Of a stretch of 64,000 nt of DNA, positions 19,294 through 28,348 are shown piece by piece; position 1 is the stretch's first letter, and each line of letters begins with the position of its first letter. The translations under genes were made by a program, and so were the position numbers. The stretch lies in sequence record SRR31156797_535. One strand, written 5' to 3'. The notes under the pieces are model-generated. The model ran no database searches. It saw only the letters and a program-made list of their open reading frames with translations, and was not told the DNA's origin.

Positions 19294-19362
19294 TCAGAGC
19301 CTACGGGCTTGTTGTTAAGTAGCTGGAGTAATAGGCACTTTGTGCTTTAAGTAAAATTATCT

Positions 19363-19399
19363 GGGCAGGTCGGTGGAAACTGGTCTGCCCTTTGTCTTT
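19363..19399 (+). terminator. Intrinsic terminator after rpsA
   Basis: GGGCAGGTCGGT-GGAA-ACTGGTCTGCCC followed by TTTGTCTTT. Confidence 0.75.
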
Positions 19400-19435
19400 A
19401 TACGTGGATTAAATTTAATGAGGTGCTGATAGCAT

Positions 19436-20401
19436 ATGGACTATATCCTTTTTCTACTATCTGCTGCAATTGTAGTTGCTGCCGGAATAAAGCTATCTGA
19501 GTATGGCGATGCTCTCGCTGCTGTTACAGGTCTGGGCAGAAGCTTCATCGGTATCACACTTCTGGCGTTATTCACATCTCTGCCGGAACTTATCTCAACA
19601 ATTGGCGCACTCACACTGGTAGATAACCCTGACCTTGCCTTTGGTAACGTTTACGGGTCTAACATGTTTAATATGTTCACAATATTTCTCCTCGACTTCA
19701 TGTTCAGAAAAACCGATATGTACGATGGAGTTAGTGAATCAAACATATTAACAGCACTTTATGCCGGGCTTGTCACGGTGTTTTCTGTGCTTGGTTTCTA
19801 CATCAAAGTTTACATCGGACCTGTATCCGTTATAACACTTATAATAATCGTACTATTTATCTACTCCTCATACATATCCTTCAGGGTGCTTGAGAAGGAT
19901 GAAGACGACGATGACGATACAGATATGACACTCAGAGGAGTAATCATCCGCATGGGGATAGCTGCTGTCGCTATTGTTGCTGCTGGGCTGCTTATGAGTA
20001 AAACTGCTGACACAATAGCTGTAGTTACTGGACTTGGCGGAAGCTTTGTCGGCTCATTCTTCCTGGCTGTTGTAACATCACTGCCGGAGGTTGCGGCTTG
20101 CTACGGTGCTCTCCGTGTCGGCTCTGTTAACATGGCGCTCGGTAACCTCTTCGGGTCAAACCTCTTCAACATGGCTATTATCCCTGTTGCAGATATTATA
20201 TATGTAAAGGGACCTATTTTTGAGTTCGTTTCACACGGACACATGACAGCCGCCATCTTTGCTACTATTGCTATACTTGTCCCTATCATCGGGATTCGTG
20301 AGCGCAATTTTCGCATTAAAATATTCGGCGTCTCTTTCCATTCCTACTCTTTAGTGGTACTCTACGGAATATATACAGTTTATTTATACATGGTGAGATA
20401 G
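19436..20401 (+). CDS. Na+/Ca2+ (cation) antiporter, CaCA/YrbG-like
   Basis: Two repeats of TSLPE...GN..GSN.FN. Confidence 0.9.
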   Translation: MDYILFLLSAAIVVAAGIKLSEYGDALAAVTGLGRSFIGITLLALFTSLPELISTIGALTLVDNPDLAFGNVYGSNMFNMFTIFLLDFMFRKTDMYDGVSESNILTALYAGLVTVFSVLGFYIKVYIGPVSVITLIIIVLFIYSSYISFRVLEKDEDDDDDTDMTLRGVIIRMGIAAVAIVAAGLLMSKTADTIAVVTGLGGSFVGSFFLAVVTSLPEVAACYGALRVGSVNMALGNLFGSNLFNMAIIPVADIIYVKGPIFEFVSHGHMTAAIFATIAILVPIIGIRERNFRIKIFGVSFHSYSLVVLYGIYTVYLYMVR

Positions 20402-21268
20402 ATGAAAAAGTTTCTTAAATTATTAGCAAAAGCACTTATAGTTCTGGTTGTTGTCGCTATTGTCGCACGTATCATAGTTGTTATGTCGGGCGAAAGCGAA
20501 GATGTGATAATGAAAAACAGCATCGCTGTTATCCGTCTGGACGGAGTTATAATCGACACCCACGAGCTAGATAAGAAACTTAAGAAACTCGATAATAACG
20601 AAAAAGTTAAAGGAATCATCCTTGAGATAAATTCTCCGGGCGGACTCATATCGCCGACTCAGGTAATATACCAGCGAATCATGAAGATGAAAAAACCTGT
20701 TTATGCTGTTATGGAATCTATTGCGGCATCCGGTGGCTACTATATAGCTGTGGCTGCGGATAAAGTTTACGCTATCGACAGCACCACAACGGGCAGCATC
20801 GGCGTTATCATGCAATACTCTAATATCGAGGAGCTTCTGAACAAGGTAGGTATCAAGTCTGTTGTCTTTAAAAGCGGCAAGCTGAAAGATGTGCCTTCCA
20901 CAACCAGAGAGCTCTCCGAAGACGAACGTAAGTATTTACAGGATAATATAAATGAATTTTATGAGCAGTTTTTAAGAGATGTTCTGAGACGCAGGAATAT
21001 AAGTGAAAAGAAACTTCGCCAGCTAGCTGACGGACGTGTTTTCAGCGGACGCAGAGCACTCGAATATAAACTAATCGATAGAATAGGCTCAAGAGAAGAA
21101 GCTGTCATCGACCTTAAAGACGAAATAGGCATCCAGGATTTAGACGTAAAAGAGCTTTACGACGAAGAGGAATCATTCCTCATGAAGCTTGTGTCTAAGG
21201 CAAACTCTGTAAAGTCTGCCTATGTCCCTGAAGGCGGCTACTACTATCTTTATAAACCGGGGCTTTAA
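20402..21268 (+). CDS. sppA: Signal peptide peptidase (S49)
   Basis: INSPGG, AASGGYYIA, GSIGV, KSGKLKD and DGRVFSG. Confidence 0.9.
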   Translation: MKKFLKLLAKALIVLVVVAIVARIIVVMSGESEDVIMKNSIAVIRLDGVIIDTHELDKKLKKLDNNEKVKGIILEINSPGGLISPTQVIYQRIMKMKKPVYAVMESIAASGGYYIAVAADKVYAIDSTTTGSIGVIMQYSNIEELLNKVGIKSVVFKSGKLKDVPSTTRELSEDERKYLQDNINEFYEQFLRDVLRRRNISEKKLRQLADGRVFSGRRALEYKLIDRIGSREEAVIDLKDEIGIQDLDVKELYDEEESFLMKLVSKANSVKSAYVPEGGYYYLYKPGL

Positions 21269-21474
21269 GACTCCATATTTTTCTTCTGCTCAAGATACTC
21301 ATCAGAAGAAAGCTCACCCTTGGCGTATCTTTCGTCAAGGATCTCTTTTGCAGATTTATCAGAGTTACTGCCCTTATCTTCTGGCAGACCCTTTATAAGC
21401 CTGAAAACAACTATGCCCAAAACTACTAAAATCAAAAAGCCTGTAAGCCCGCCCATAGGTATTCCGTGTCCCAT
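21265..21474 (-). CDS. SHOCT-domain membrane protein
   Basis: One TM helix followed by AKEILDERYAKGELSSDEY. Confidence 0.85.
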   Translation of the reverse strand: MGHGIPMGGLTGFLILVVLGIVVFRLIKGLPEDKGSNSDKSAKEILDERYAKGELSSDEYLEQKKNMES

Positions 21475-21533
21475 ATTACACTCCTTTCCTAATTAATTAC
21501 CACATCAGCGTTTAAACGTAAATTTATAAACGA

Positions 21534-21561
21534 AAAAAGCCGGAGTTTTAGCTCCAGCTTA
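21534..21561 (-). terminator. Intrinsic terminator for the secreted-protein gene
   Basis: Minus strand AAGCTGGAG-CTAAAA-CTCCGGCTTTTTT. Confidence 0.6.
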
Positions 21562-21596
21562 ATTCGTGTTACATGAGGGGGAAGTCTATATTGTAT

Positions 21597-21992
21597 TTAT
21601 TTGAGTGTCTTTGTCGGTACTGGTCCCATAACATTTCCGTAAGGGGAAACTTTAAAGCTGAAAAGGTTACCGCTAGCATCTTTTACCTGAAAGATATACA
21701 TGCTAAGTCCTCTGCGTCCTTCCATCTTTATTGAATCTGTGATCTCTGCGCCTTTGAGGTTAGAGTCGATCCATTCCTGAATCTTAGCTTTTGCGGCTGC
21801 ATCATCAATAGGGTCGCCCTGCTGTTGAAAGCAGTCACCTTGACCTCTGAAACCTCTACCATTCATACCAGGTCCGAAGCCTGCTCCGCCCTGTCCCTGT
21901 CCGATGCAAGGACCGCCTCTGAATCCTGGATATGCTACAGCGAGTGATGCTGTCATTGCTACTATTGCTACTATTGCTAAAAACTTTTTCAT
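21597..21992 (-). CDS. Secreted protein with Gly/Gln-rich N-terminus and PepSY-like C-terminus
   Basis: Signal peptide (…SLAVA), GPGMNGRG-type low-complexity segment and GGAGG RBS. Confidence 0.7.
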   Translation of the reverse strand: MKKFLAIVAIVAMTASLAVAYPGFRGGPCIGQGQGGAGFGPGMNGRGFRGQGDCFQQQGDPIDDAAAKAKIQEWIDSNLKGAEITDSIKMEGRRGLSMYIFQVKDASGNLFSFKVSPYGNVMGPVPTKTLK

Positions 21993-22032
21993 TTTATGGT
22001 TCCTCCGTTATGTTTTGTTATGCATATCTATT

Positions 22033-22048
22033 TGCATACACCGTGCCA
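22033..22048 (-). promoter_or_regulatory. sigma54 (-24/-12) promoter
   Basis: Minus strand TGGCACGGTGTATGCA = GG-N10-GC, ~40 nt upstream of the secreted-protein ATG. Confidence 0.8.
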
Positions 22049-22222
22049 AAAGCTAGCTCTTGGCTTTTATTATTTATTATAAGCGAGTTATACATTTATG
22101 AGGTTTTATAAGGTGTGCAACAGTTACTTCTCAGTGTGAAAGAATTGCGCAATTTTTAGTGAATATACAAGTGAGTGAGGTTGATATAAAATTAAGGTGA
22201 AGGTTATCTGGGGCTATAACGT

Positions 22223-22261
22223 AGAAAAGCTCCCTCAGTAAGAATAACTAAGAGAGCTTCT
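22223..22261 (-). terminator. Hairpin terminator for a minus-strand non-coding transcript
   Basis: Minus strand AAGCTCTCTTAGT-TATTCTT-ACTGAGGGAGCTT-TTCT; the 13-bp stem is complete only with two G-U pairs available on the minus strand. Confidence 0.6.
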
Positions 22262-22345
22262 CAAGAAAACAATTCCGAATCTTCTTCTGAACCCATTGGA
22301 CTACTCCTAACTACGGTTACTCTGTTTAGCCTAGAACCTTTCTTC

Positions 22346-22492
22346 GACAAATTCTAATCCCGAAACTTTGACTCCGAAACAAATCCAATCTCTGATACAA
22401 ATCCGGGTCTGATTCTGAAACTATTGTCCCGATCCAAATCCAAATTCTAATGCAAATTTCGGTTCTGATACTGATCCAAACTCTGATTCAAA
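22346..22492 (-). repeat. Degenerate hexamer array (consensus ~TYWGRA)
   Basis: tttgaa tcagag tttgga tcagta tcagaa ccgaaa tttgca ttagaa tttgga tttgga tcggga [caatagtt] tcagaa tcagac ccgga tttgta tcagag attgga tttgtt tcggag tcaaag [tt] tcggga ttagaa tttgtc. Confidence 0.75.
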
Positions 22493-22606
22493 ATTTTAGG
22501 TTCTTTCTTTTTTCCTCCGCAGCTATAAAGTTAATATTGGGCGTACAGTCTTTTTTGCAATGGTTTTTTTTAACCTTATAAAATATAATTTGTTGAGAGG
22601 TGGATT

Positions 22607-23254
22607 ATGTTAATGACAGAAGAGCGGAAAGGGCTTGTTAAATACGGGCGAAAGCTTGTTGAAGCAAACCTCACAAGCGGAACAGGCGGAAATCTCAGTG
22701 TTATAAACAGGCGCAGCGGGACAGTCGCCATAACCCCTTCCGGTATTGACTATTTTGAAACCTCACCCGAAGATATCGTTATCACTGACCTAAAAGGGAA
22801 AGTCCTCGAAGGCGACAACAGACCATCGAGCGAGCTCTCATTCCACCTCGCACTATATAATAAACGGAGTGATATAGGTGCAGTTGTCCACACTCACTCA
22901 ACCTATGCGACGACATTAGCCTGTATGGGGCTGGAGCTTCCGGCTGTGCATTACATGGTCGCTTTCAGTGGCAATAAAGTTCCCCTCGCTCCTTATCAGA
23001 CTTTCGGCTCTCAGGAGCTGGCTGACTCTGTTGCCGAGCATATCGGCGACTATAATGCGCTACTTCTCGCTAATCATGGCTTACTCGCTTGTGGAAATAA
23101 TCTGCCCACTGCTTTCGCCGCAGCGGAAGAGATCGAATTCACCGCAAGAATCTACTGTCAGGCAAAAAGTATGGGCGAACCTGTCATCTTGGATGACGAC
23201 GAAATGTCCACAGTTGTTGAAAAATTCAAATGGTACGGGCAGAAAAAGGGCTGA
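22607..23254 (+). CDS. Class II aldolase (L-fuculose-1-phosphate aldolase-like)
   Basis: GTGGNLS, ITPSG, PSSELSFH, VHTHS and LLANHG. Confidence 0.88.
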   Translation: MLMTEERKGLVKYGRKLVEANLTSGTGGNLSVINRRSGTVAITPSGIDYFETSPEDIVITDLKGKVLEGDNRPSSELSFHLALYNKRSDIGAVVHTHSTYATTLACMGLELPAVHYMVAFSGNKVPLAPYQTFGSQELADSVAEHIGDYNALLLANHGLLACGNNLPTAFAAAEEIEFTARIYCQAKSMGEPVILDDDEMSTVVEKFKWYGQKKG

Positions 23255-23440
23255 TTTACAAACCGTTCATATTCACTTATAATAGAAACTAACCTGTGCA
23301 AATGAATAGATGACATATACTTATGCCCAAGTGGAGTGACATCTAATGTTGTCTTATCAACGCTAAGACTAAATATCACAAGCACAGAGAAAATAATCAT
23401 ATAATGCCACATGGTATTATTAGAGGATAAGCAGTAGCTT

Positions 23441-24949
23441 ATGTTTTCAAAAGTTTTCAGCGCACATGTGAGCGGAATTGATGCGGATATCGTCGAGGTA
23501 GAGACAGACATCGCCTCCATGGGCTTACCATCTTTCAGCATGGTCGGTCTTGCTGACGCTGCCGTTCGCGAAAGCCGTGACAGGGTTCGTGCCGCACTTA
23601 AGAACATCAACATGAACGTCTTTGCTAAACCTATCACAATAAACCTTGCCCCTGCTGATTTTAAAAAAGAGGGGACGTATTTCGATCTTCCCGTAGCCAT
23701 GGGGCTTGCCATAGCTGGCGGACATATAAATAACGACACAAATGACACACTTTTCGCCGGAGAGCTATCCCTCGATGGGAGGCTGCGTGGCGTAAACGGA
23801 ATCCTCCCAATAGCTATATGCGCAAAAGAAGCCGGCTTTAAAAAGCTTATAGTCCCAACAGAAAATGGTGACGAGGCAGCTATTGTTGAAGGCATTGATG
23901 TATACCCTTTTGACAGTCTCGGTGATGTTTTCGCTTTCGTGGAAAAAACTGAATCGAGCGCTCCTCACAAGGTCGACACAAATAACCTATTCCAAACCAA
24001 CTCAGCATATAAAGATGACTTCTCTGAGGTCAAAGGGCAGATGGTAGCCAGAAGGTGCGCAGAAATTGCCGCCGCCGGTATGCACAACCTACTTATGATC
24101 GGCACACCCGGCAGTGGTAAAACCATGATAGCCAAAAGGCTTCCCTCCATTATGCCTGATATGACTCTCGATGAAGCTATCGAAACCACAAAGATCCACT
24201 CAGTTGCAGGGATGGTTCGCTCCGGAAGTGACCTGAAAAGCTCCAGACCTTTCTTTTCACCCCACCACACAAGCAGTAATGTTGCGCTCATAGGCGGAAC
24301 AAGTAAAGCGATGCCCGGTCAGGTGAGCCTGGCTACAAACGGGGTACTGTTTCTCGATGAATTTCTTGAGTTCAACAGAAGCGTTCTTGAGACACTGCGT
24401 CAACCGATGGAAGATGGAGAGGTAACTATCGCAAGAGCTTCAAGGACTGTAACCTATCCGGCAAAATTTATGCTCGCAGCGGCCGCAAACCCATGCCCAT
24501 GCGGATACCTAGGCGACAAACAGAAAGAGTGCAGGTGCTCACAGTCACAGATACATAAATACCGCTCAAGGCTATCAGGTCCGCTAATGGACAGGATTGA
24601 CCTGCACGTTGAGGTGCAGTCTGTTGATGTAAATGAGCTATCCGCTATCGAAGACGGTGAATCATCTGAAACTATAAGAGATAGAGTCGCTGGCGCACAT
24701 GAGATCCAGATCAGCCGCTCAGGTTGTTTTAACAGCAGGCTAAGCGAGAAGGAAGTTAAGAAAGTCTGCCAAATCGACAGTGCCGGACAGAAGATTTTAG
24801 AGACAGCTACAAGAAGGTATGGGCTATCGGCGAGAGCCTATTCAAAAATTTTAAAAACCTCAAGAACTATCGCTGATCTTGACAACTCTCACGATATTCA
24901 GACCAAACATCTCTTAGAATCATTACAATATCGAATGATGTCAGAATAG
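23441..24949 (+). CDS. comM: YifB/ComM Mg-chelatase-like AAA+ ATPase
   Basis: VGLADAAVRESRDR, GTPGSGKT, PHHTSS, FLDEF and NPCPCG. Confidence 0.92.
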   Translation: MFSKVFSAHVSGIDADIVEVETDIASMGLPSFSMVGLADAAVRESRDRVRAALKNINMNVFAKPITINLAPADFKKEGTYFDLPVAMGLAIAGGHINNDTNDTLFAGELSLDGRLRGVNGILPIAICAKEAGFKKLIVPTENGDEAAIVEGIDVYPFDSLGDVFAFVEKTESSAPHKVDTNNLFQTNSAYKDDFSEVKGQMVARRCAEIAAAGMHNLLMIGTPGSGKTMIAKRLPSIMPDMTLDEAIETTKIHSVAGMVRSGSDLKSSRPFFSPHHTSSNVALIGGTSKAMPGQVSLATNGVLFLDEFLEFNRSVLETLRQPMEDGEVTIARASRTVTYPAKFMLAAAANPCPCGYLGDKQKECRCSQSQIHKYRSRLSGPLMDRIDLHVEVQSVDVNELSAIEDGESSETIRDRVAGAHEIQISRSGCFNSRLSEKEVKKVCQIDSAGQKILETATRRYGLSARAYSKILKTSRTIADLDNSHDIQTKHLLESLQYRMMSE

Positions 24950-25184
24950 TGCTTTTATGAGCATTTACCAATAACCTCTACTGAAAATATCGGCATAAAT
25001 TACATTATCAATAAAATAACGATTTGAACGCAAGTTCATTTCTACAATTTTATGCCTCCGTGAATCACTTATAAACCATTGCTAAAAAACATTAAAAAAA
25101 TAAAACAGCCGTTCTACTAGGACAAACATATAGAAATCACCTATAATGTTTTAAAACGGTGTGCTAAAAGCGGTGTTTTTCCTG

Positions 25185-25213
25185 TTGCAACCCCATAATC
25201 AGCTGTGTATGAT
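25185..25213 (+). promoter_or_regulatory. sigma70 promoter of the DHOD-like gene
   Basis: TTGCAA-17bp-(TGTG)TATGAT. Confidence 0.6.
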
Positions 25214-25267
25214 TCAGCATAGATAGATATTTCATATAGTTATTACGTGATTGAACGGGAGTTAAAT

Positions 25268-26257
25268 ATGCCGGATTTAAAAACTAGTTATATGGGGCTA
25301 AAGCTTAAAAATCCAATCATCGTTGGAAGCAGTACACTCACTGACACCCCTGAAAAAATAAAAGCACTCTCTGACAACGGAGCCTCTGCGGTTATCCTCA
25401 AATCTCTTTTCGAGGAAGAAGTACGCAACATGAATGAAAGCTCTAAGTGCTGTAACTATCACCCGGAAGCCTACTACTACGACATGAGCGACGCTGGAAT
25501 GCTTTACGGTATTTCTGACTACCTTCAGCTCATAAAAGATGCAAAATCTGCCACAGATATCCCTGTTATAGCAAGTATTTGCTGTGAAACATCTGAATGG
25601 TGGTCAACATACCCTGAACGCATAGCAGAAGCAGGTGCTGACGCTATCGAGCTTAACATAAACATGATCTCTACCGATGCGCTGAGATCGCCTATTGAGG
25701 GTCTTCAGGAGACCATGGGCATCATAGACACAGTAAAAAACAGTACAGACATTCCCTTTTCTGTAAAGATATCTCCTTACTGCTGTTCTATCCCCTACCT
25801 TGTTAACGTGCTTAAAGAGGCAGGTGCACACGGTGTCACGCTCTTCTCAAGACTCTTCAAAATGGGCATTAATTTAGATGATTTCCAGCTCGAACCGGCA
25901 AGCTACTACAGCTCGCCTCTTGAAACTTATAAAGTCCTCCGCTGGATCAACATTGTTTCTGAGCAGGTTGATATAGATATCTGCGGAAATACCGGAATAC
26001 ACTCATCGAAAGAGATCCTCCAGCACCTCATAGCAGGCGCATCCGCTGTCCAGATGGTTTCAAGCATCTATCAGAATGGTCCGGAGATTATTAAACAATC
26101 TCTCGAGGAGATCGAAGACTTTATGTTTGAAAAGCAGTTTGCGCACCTTGATGAGATGAAGGGCTTTCTCTGTAATAAGGATAAGGATTTCGATTTGATG
26201 TATTTCAATTCACTTACCCACGATAGATTCCAGCTTGAAAGCGGAATGAGCGAATAA
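25268..26257 (+). CDS. Dihydroorotate dehydrogenase-like flavoprotein
   Basis: YMGLKLKNPII, KSLFEEE, IELNI, VKISP and GASAVQM; the catalytic SCPN loop is absent. Confidence 0.85.
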   Translation: MPDLKTSYMGLKLKNPIIVGSSTLTDTPEKIKALSDNGASAVILKSLFEEEVRNMNESSKCCNYHPEAYYYDMSDAGMLYGISDYLQLIKDAKSATDIPVIASICCETSEWWSTYPERIAEAGADAIELNINMISTDALRSPIEGLQETMGIIDTVKNSTDIPFSVKISPYCCSIPYLVNVLKEAGAHGVTLFSRLFKMGINLDDFQLEPASYYSSPLETYKVLRWINIVSEQVDIDICGNTGIHSSKEILQHLIAGASAVQMVSSIYQNGPEIIKQSLEEIEDFMFEKQFAHLDEMKGFLCNKDKDFDLMYFNSLTHDRFQLESGMSE

Positions 26258-26266
26258 ATCAACCAG

Positions 26267-26293
26267 GGCATGTTTAACCGCATGCCTTTTTTT
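26267..26293 (+). terminator. Intrinsic terminator
   Basis: GGCATGT-TTAACC-GCATGCC followed by a T run. Confidence 0.65.
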
Positions 26294-26343
26294 ATGTGAA
26301 CTTCATCAAGATTGCTTTATCATAAACATACCGGAGGTTAGTG

Positions 26344-26526
26344 ATGAAACAATTGATTATTCTAAGCCTGATAGCTCTTTTGTTCACTGCGTGCTCGCAA
26401 AAAAATATGTATGATTCAATGAGAAAATCACAAGAGATGATGTGCAGTAAGTATGAGGGTGCGCAAAAGCAGAAATGCCTTAGTGACGCCAAAATGTCTT
26501 ATCAGAAATATGAATCAGCCCAATGA
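26344..26526 (+). CDS. Small lipoprotein
   Basis: Lipobox LFTAC, two further Cys residues and a GGAGG RBS. Confidence 0.75.
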   Translation: MKQLIILSLIALLFTACSQKNMYDSMRKSQEMMCSKYEGAQKQKCLSDAKMSYQKYESAQ

Positions 26527-26952
26527 GTTAGCTTTGTAATCTTTAATAAATAGCTTTATAAGTTTTGCGACATCTTTTCTGGCAAGCTTCTCCATAGCCT
26601 TTTCAGGTGAGAGCCATTTTCTCTTTCTAAATTCGCCCTCCATCCATTCCTCATAAACCTTTGTCACAAGCATAGGAAAGACCATAACATTGCATGTTCC
26701 GCCCCACTTCTCCATCTTGAAAGAGCCTACAGGCATAGTCCACACCTTACCAAAAACTCCCGCCTCTTCGTAAGCCTCCTGAGCGGCCGACTGCTGAGGG
26801 GTCATATAAGGTTCAACCACACCTTTCGGTATAATCCACCTCTGTTTCCGTCTCGATGTGATAAGCATTATTTCGAGTTTTTTTCCGTCAAAGCGGTAAG
26901 GTATCACCCCTGACTGCTTGAAGAAATACTCTGGAACCGGGTCGAACATCAT
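26515..26952 (-). CDS. NUDIX hydrolase (DIPP/Ap6A-like)
   Basis: QSGVIPYR, LITSR, and WIIPKG...AAQEAYEEAGV Nudix box. Confidence 0.9.
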   Translation of the reverse strand: MMFDPVPEYFFKQSGVIPYRFDGKKLEIMLITSRRKQRWIIPKGVVEPYMTPQQSAAQEAYEEAGVFGKVWTMPVGSFKMEKWGGTCNVMVFPMLVTKVYEEWMEGEFRKRKWLSPEKAMEKLARKDVAKLIKLFIKDYKANSLG

Positions 26953-27407
26953 AGCCCACTCACCGCCAGATTCTTGTTTTTATATCTTTTATCCGAAGTA
27001 ACCTCTTCGCCAAACCAAGCTGGCGGCTCAAAACTTTCAGCTTTGCTGAGATTCTCAAACTCTACCTCAGCAGTCACAAGCCCTTTCAGATCACCGTCAA
27101 ATATATCAAGCTCACACACAAAACCACCATCCAGAGGTATTTTGTAGCGAACCTTCTCCACCCTGCGCCCTTCTGTAAAGACCCAGAGCTTTTCGAATTC
27201 CTGCTCATCGATCTGTATCTCAGACTCCATACGCTCCATGTCGCCTCCGGATTTTACGGTGAGGAAGTAAACCCCGCCCTTCTCTCTGAGGCGCACCTCT
27301 GAACCGTTTTCATCAAGTGCGACATACCCCTGCCTTATCTCTACACTAGAGCTTGGCATAGGCATTTTTGTTTTATCCGCTAAAAACTTACGCTCTATCT
27401 CTGTCAT
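26949..27407 (-). CDS. CYTH-domain triphosphate tunnel metalloenzyme
   Basis: EIERKF, RQGY, VRLR, EKVRY, AEVEF and PPAWFGEEVT. Confidence 0.9.
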   Translation of the reverse strand: MTEIERKFLADKTKMPMPSSSVEIRQGYVALDENGSEVRLREKGGVYFLTVKSGGDMERMESEIQIDEQEFEKLWVFTEGRRVEKVRYKIPLDGGFVCELDIFDGDLKGLVTAEVEFENLSKAESFEPPAWFGEEVTSDKRYKNKNLAVSGL

Positions 27408-28252
27408 TATAATTCCCTGAAAACCTTTTTTATATGTTCGTAAATGTAGTCCACAACTTCGTCATTCCTCTCTCCGCCCTTATGCAGAGTTATAGGGATG
27501 TGCGGGAGCTCCGGAAAACCTTCATCCTGACCAACCTGCCTGTAATCCCCGTCTCTGTAAACCCTGCTTAGAACAGGAGAAACAGCCATACCAGACTTCA
27601 CAGCGCTTCGTATCAGCCTTGAGCTCTCTGTCTCGTAAGCGATCCTGTAAGCCACTCCTGCTTTTGCGAGTGAGGAAAGCCCCGTATTTCTCGCTATGCA
27701 GTAGTCCGGATAAACTGCCAAAGGGACAGAATCTCCGGCAAAGACAAAATCTCGCGCCGCCATCCACACCATAGGCTCATACTTAAGCAGATATCCGCTC
27801 GATTCGTACTCAGCTAAAATAGCTATATCAAGCTCACCACGATCCACCTTCTCTTTCAGCTCTTCGCTGTTTTTACATACCACATTTACAGTAACATTTG
27901 GGTATTTTTCAGCAAATCCAGCCAAAATTTTTGTAAAAATTATCGGCGTATATTCATCAGAAAGCCCAAGCGAGATTGTTCCGTCTACACTATTCTCTGC
28001 CATGGCTAAACAGGCATCATTATGTGTCTGCAGCACTCTTGAGGCGTGAGTTCTGAGCCGCTCACCCTTCTCAGTGAGCAAAAGCTTTTTCCCCTTCTGT
28101 ATAAAAAGCGGATGCCCTACCTCTTCACTAAGCTTCTTCATCTGAAGGCTCACAGCGGACTGCGTCTTGTATAATTTCTCTGCTGCTCTGGTAAAATTCA
28201 TCTCCTGAGTGACCAGCGAAAATGTTTTTAATAGCTCTATTGATAGTTCCAT
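27407..28252 (-). CDS. LysR family transcriptional regulator
   Basis: NFTRAAEKLYKTQSAVSLQMKKL HTH plus substrate-binding domain; start moved to ATG 28252. Confidence 0.92.
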   Translation of the reverse strand: MELSIELLKTFSLVTQEMNFTRAAEKLYKTQSAVSLQMKKLSEEVGHPLFIQKGKKLLLTEKGERLRTHASRVLQTHNDACLAMAENSVDGTISLGLSDEYTPIIFTKILAGFAEKYPNVTVNVVCKNSEELKEKVDRGELDIAILAEYESSGYLLKYEPMVWMAARDFVFAGDSVPLAVYPDYCIARNTGLSSLAKAGVAYRIAYETESSRLIRSAVKSGMAVSPVLSRVYRDGDYRQVGQDEGFPELPHIPITLHKGGERNDEVVDYIYEHIKKVFREL

Positions 28253-28258
28253 ACAGTT

Positions 28259-28286
28259 ATCATAACAAAAACTAATCATTATATCA
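28259..28286 (-). promoter_or_regulatory. Promoter, leaderless geometry for LysR
   Basis: TTGATA-16bp-(TGt)TATGAT, 6 nt before the ATG; no SD. Confidence 0.55.
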
Positions 28287-28348
28287 AGAATCATTAATTA
28301 GACTTATGGTATTTTTTAAGCTAGCCTTATAAAAAAGGAGGTCAGAAT

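Larger units (their letters stand above)
22223..22525 (-). ncRNA. Candidate repeat-rich small RNA (family unknown)
   Basis: No ORF; hexamer array plus 12 GGA motifs; strand-specific terminator; weak TTGCAA..AATATT promoter at ~22533-22560. The 5' end is approximate. Confidence 0.5.

Noticed and set aside
22346-22492. Hexamer array as a CRISPR array or a coding (SE/FG) dipeptide repeat
   Set aside because: There are no identical 25-40-nt repeats with spacers and no cas genes. The in-phase frame has a TAA just upstream, no start codon, and phase slips.
23158-23895. 245-aa minus-strand ORF
   Set aside because: Mostly the antisense shadow of comM and the aldolase gene, with no recognisable motifs. 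A small peptide from the intergenic part cannot be excluded but is unsupported.
24950-25267. Riboswitch or ncRNA in the 318-bp intergenic region
   Set aside because: AT-rich, with no stable helices or recognisable aptamer motif; explained by promoter elements.
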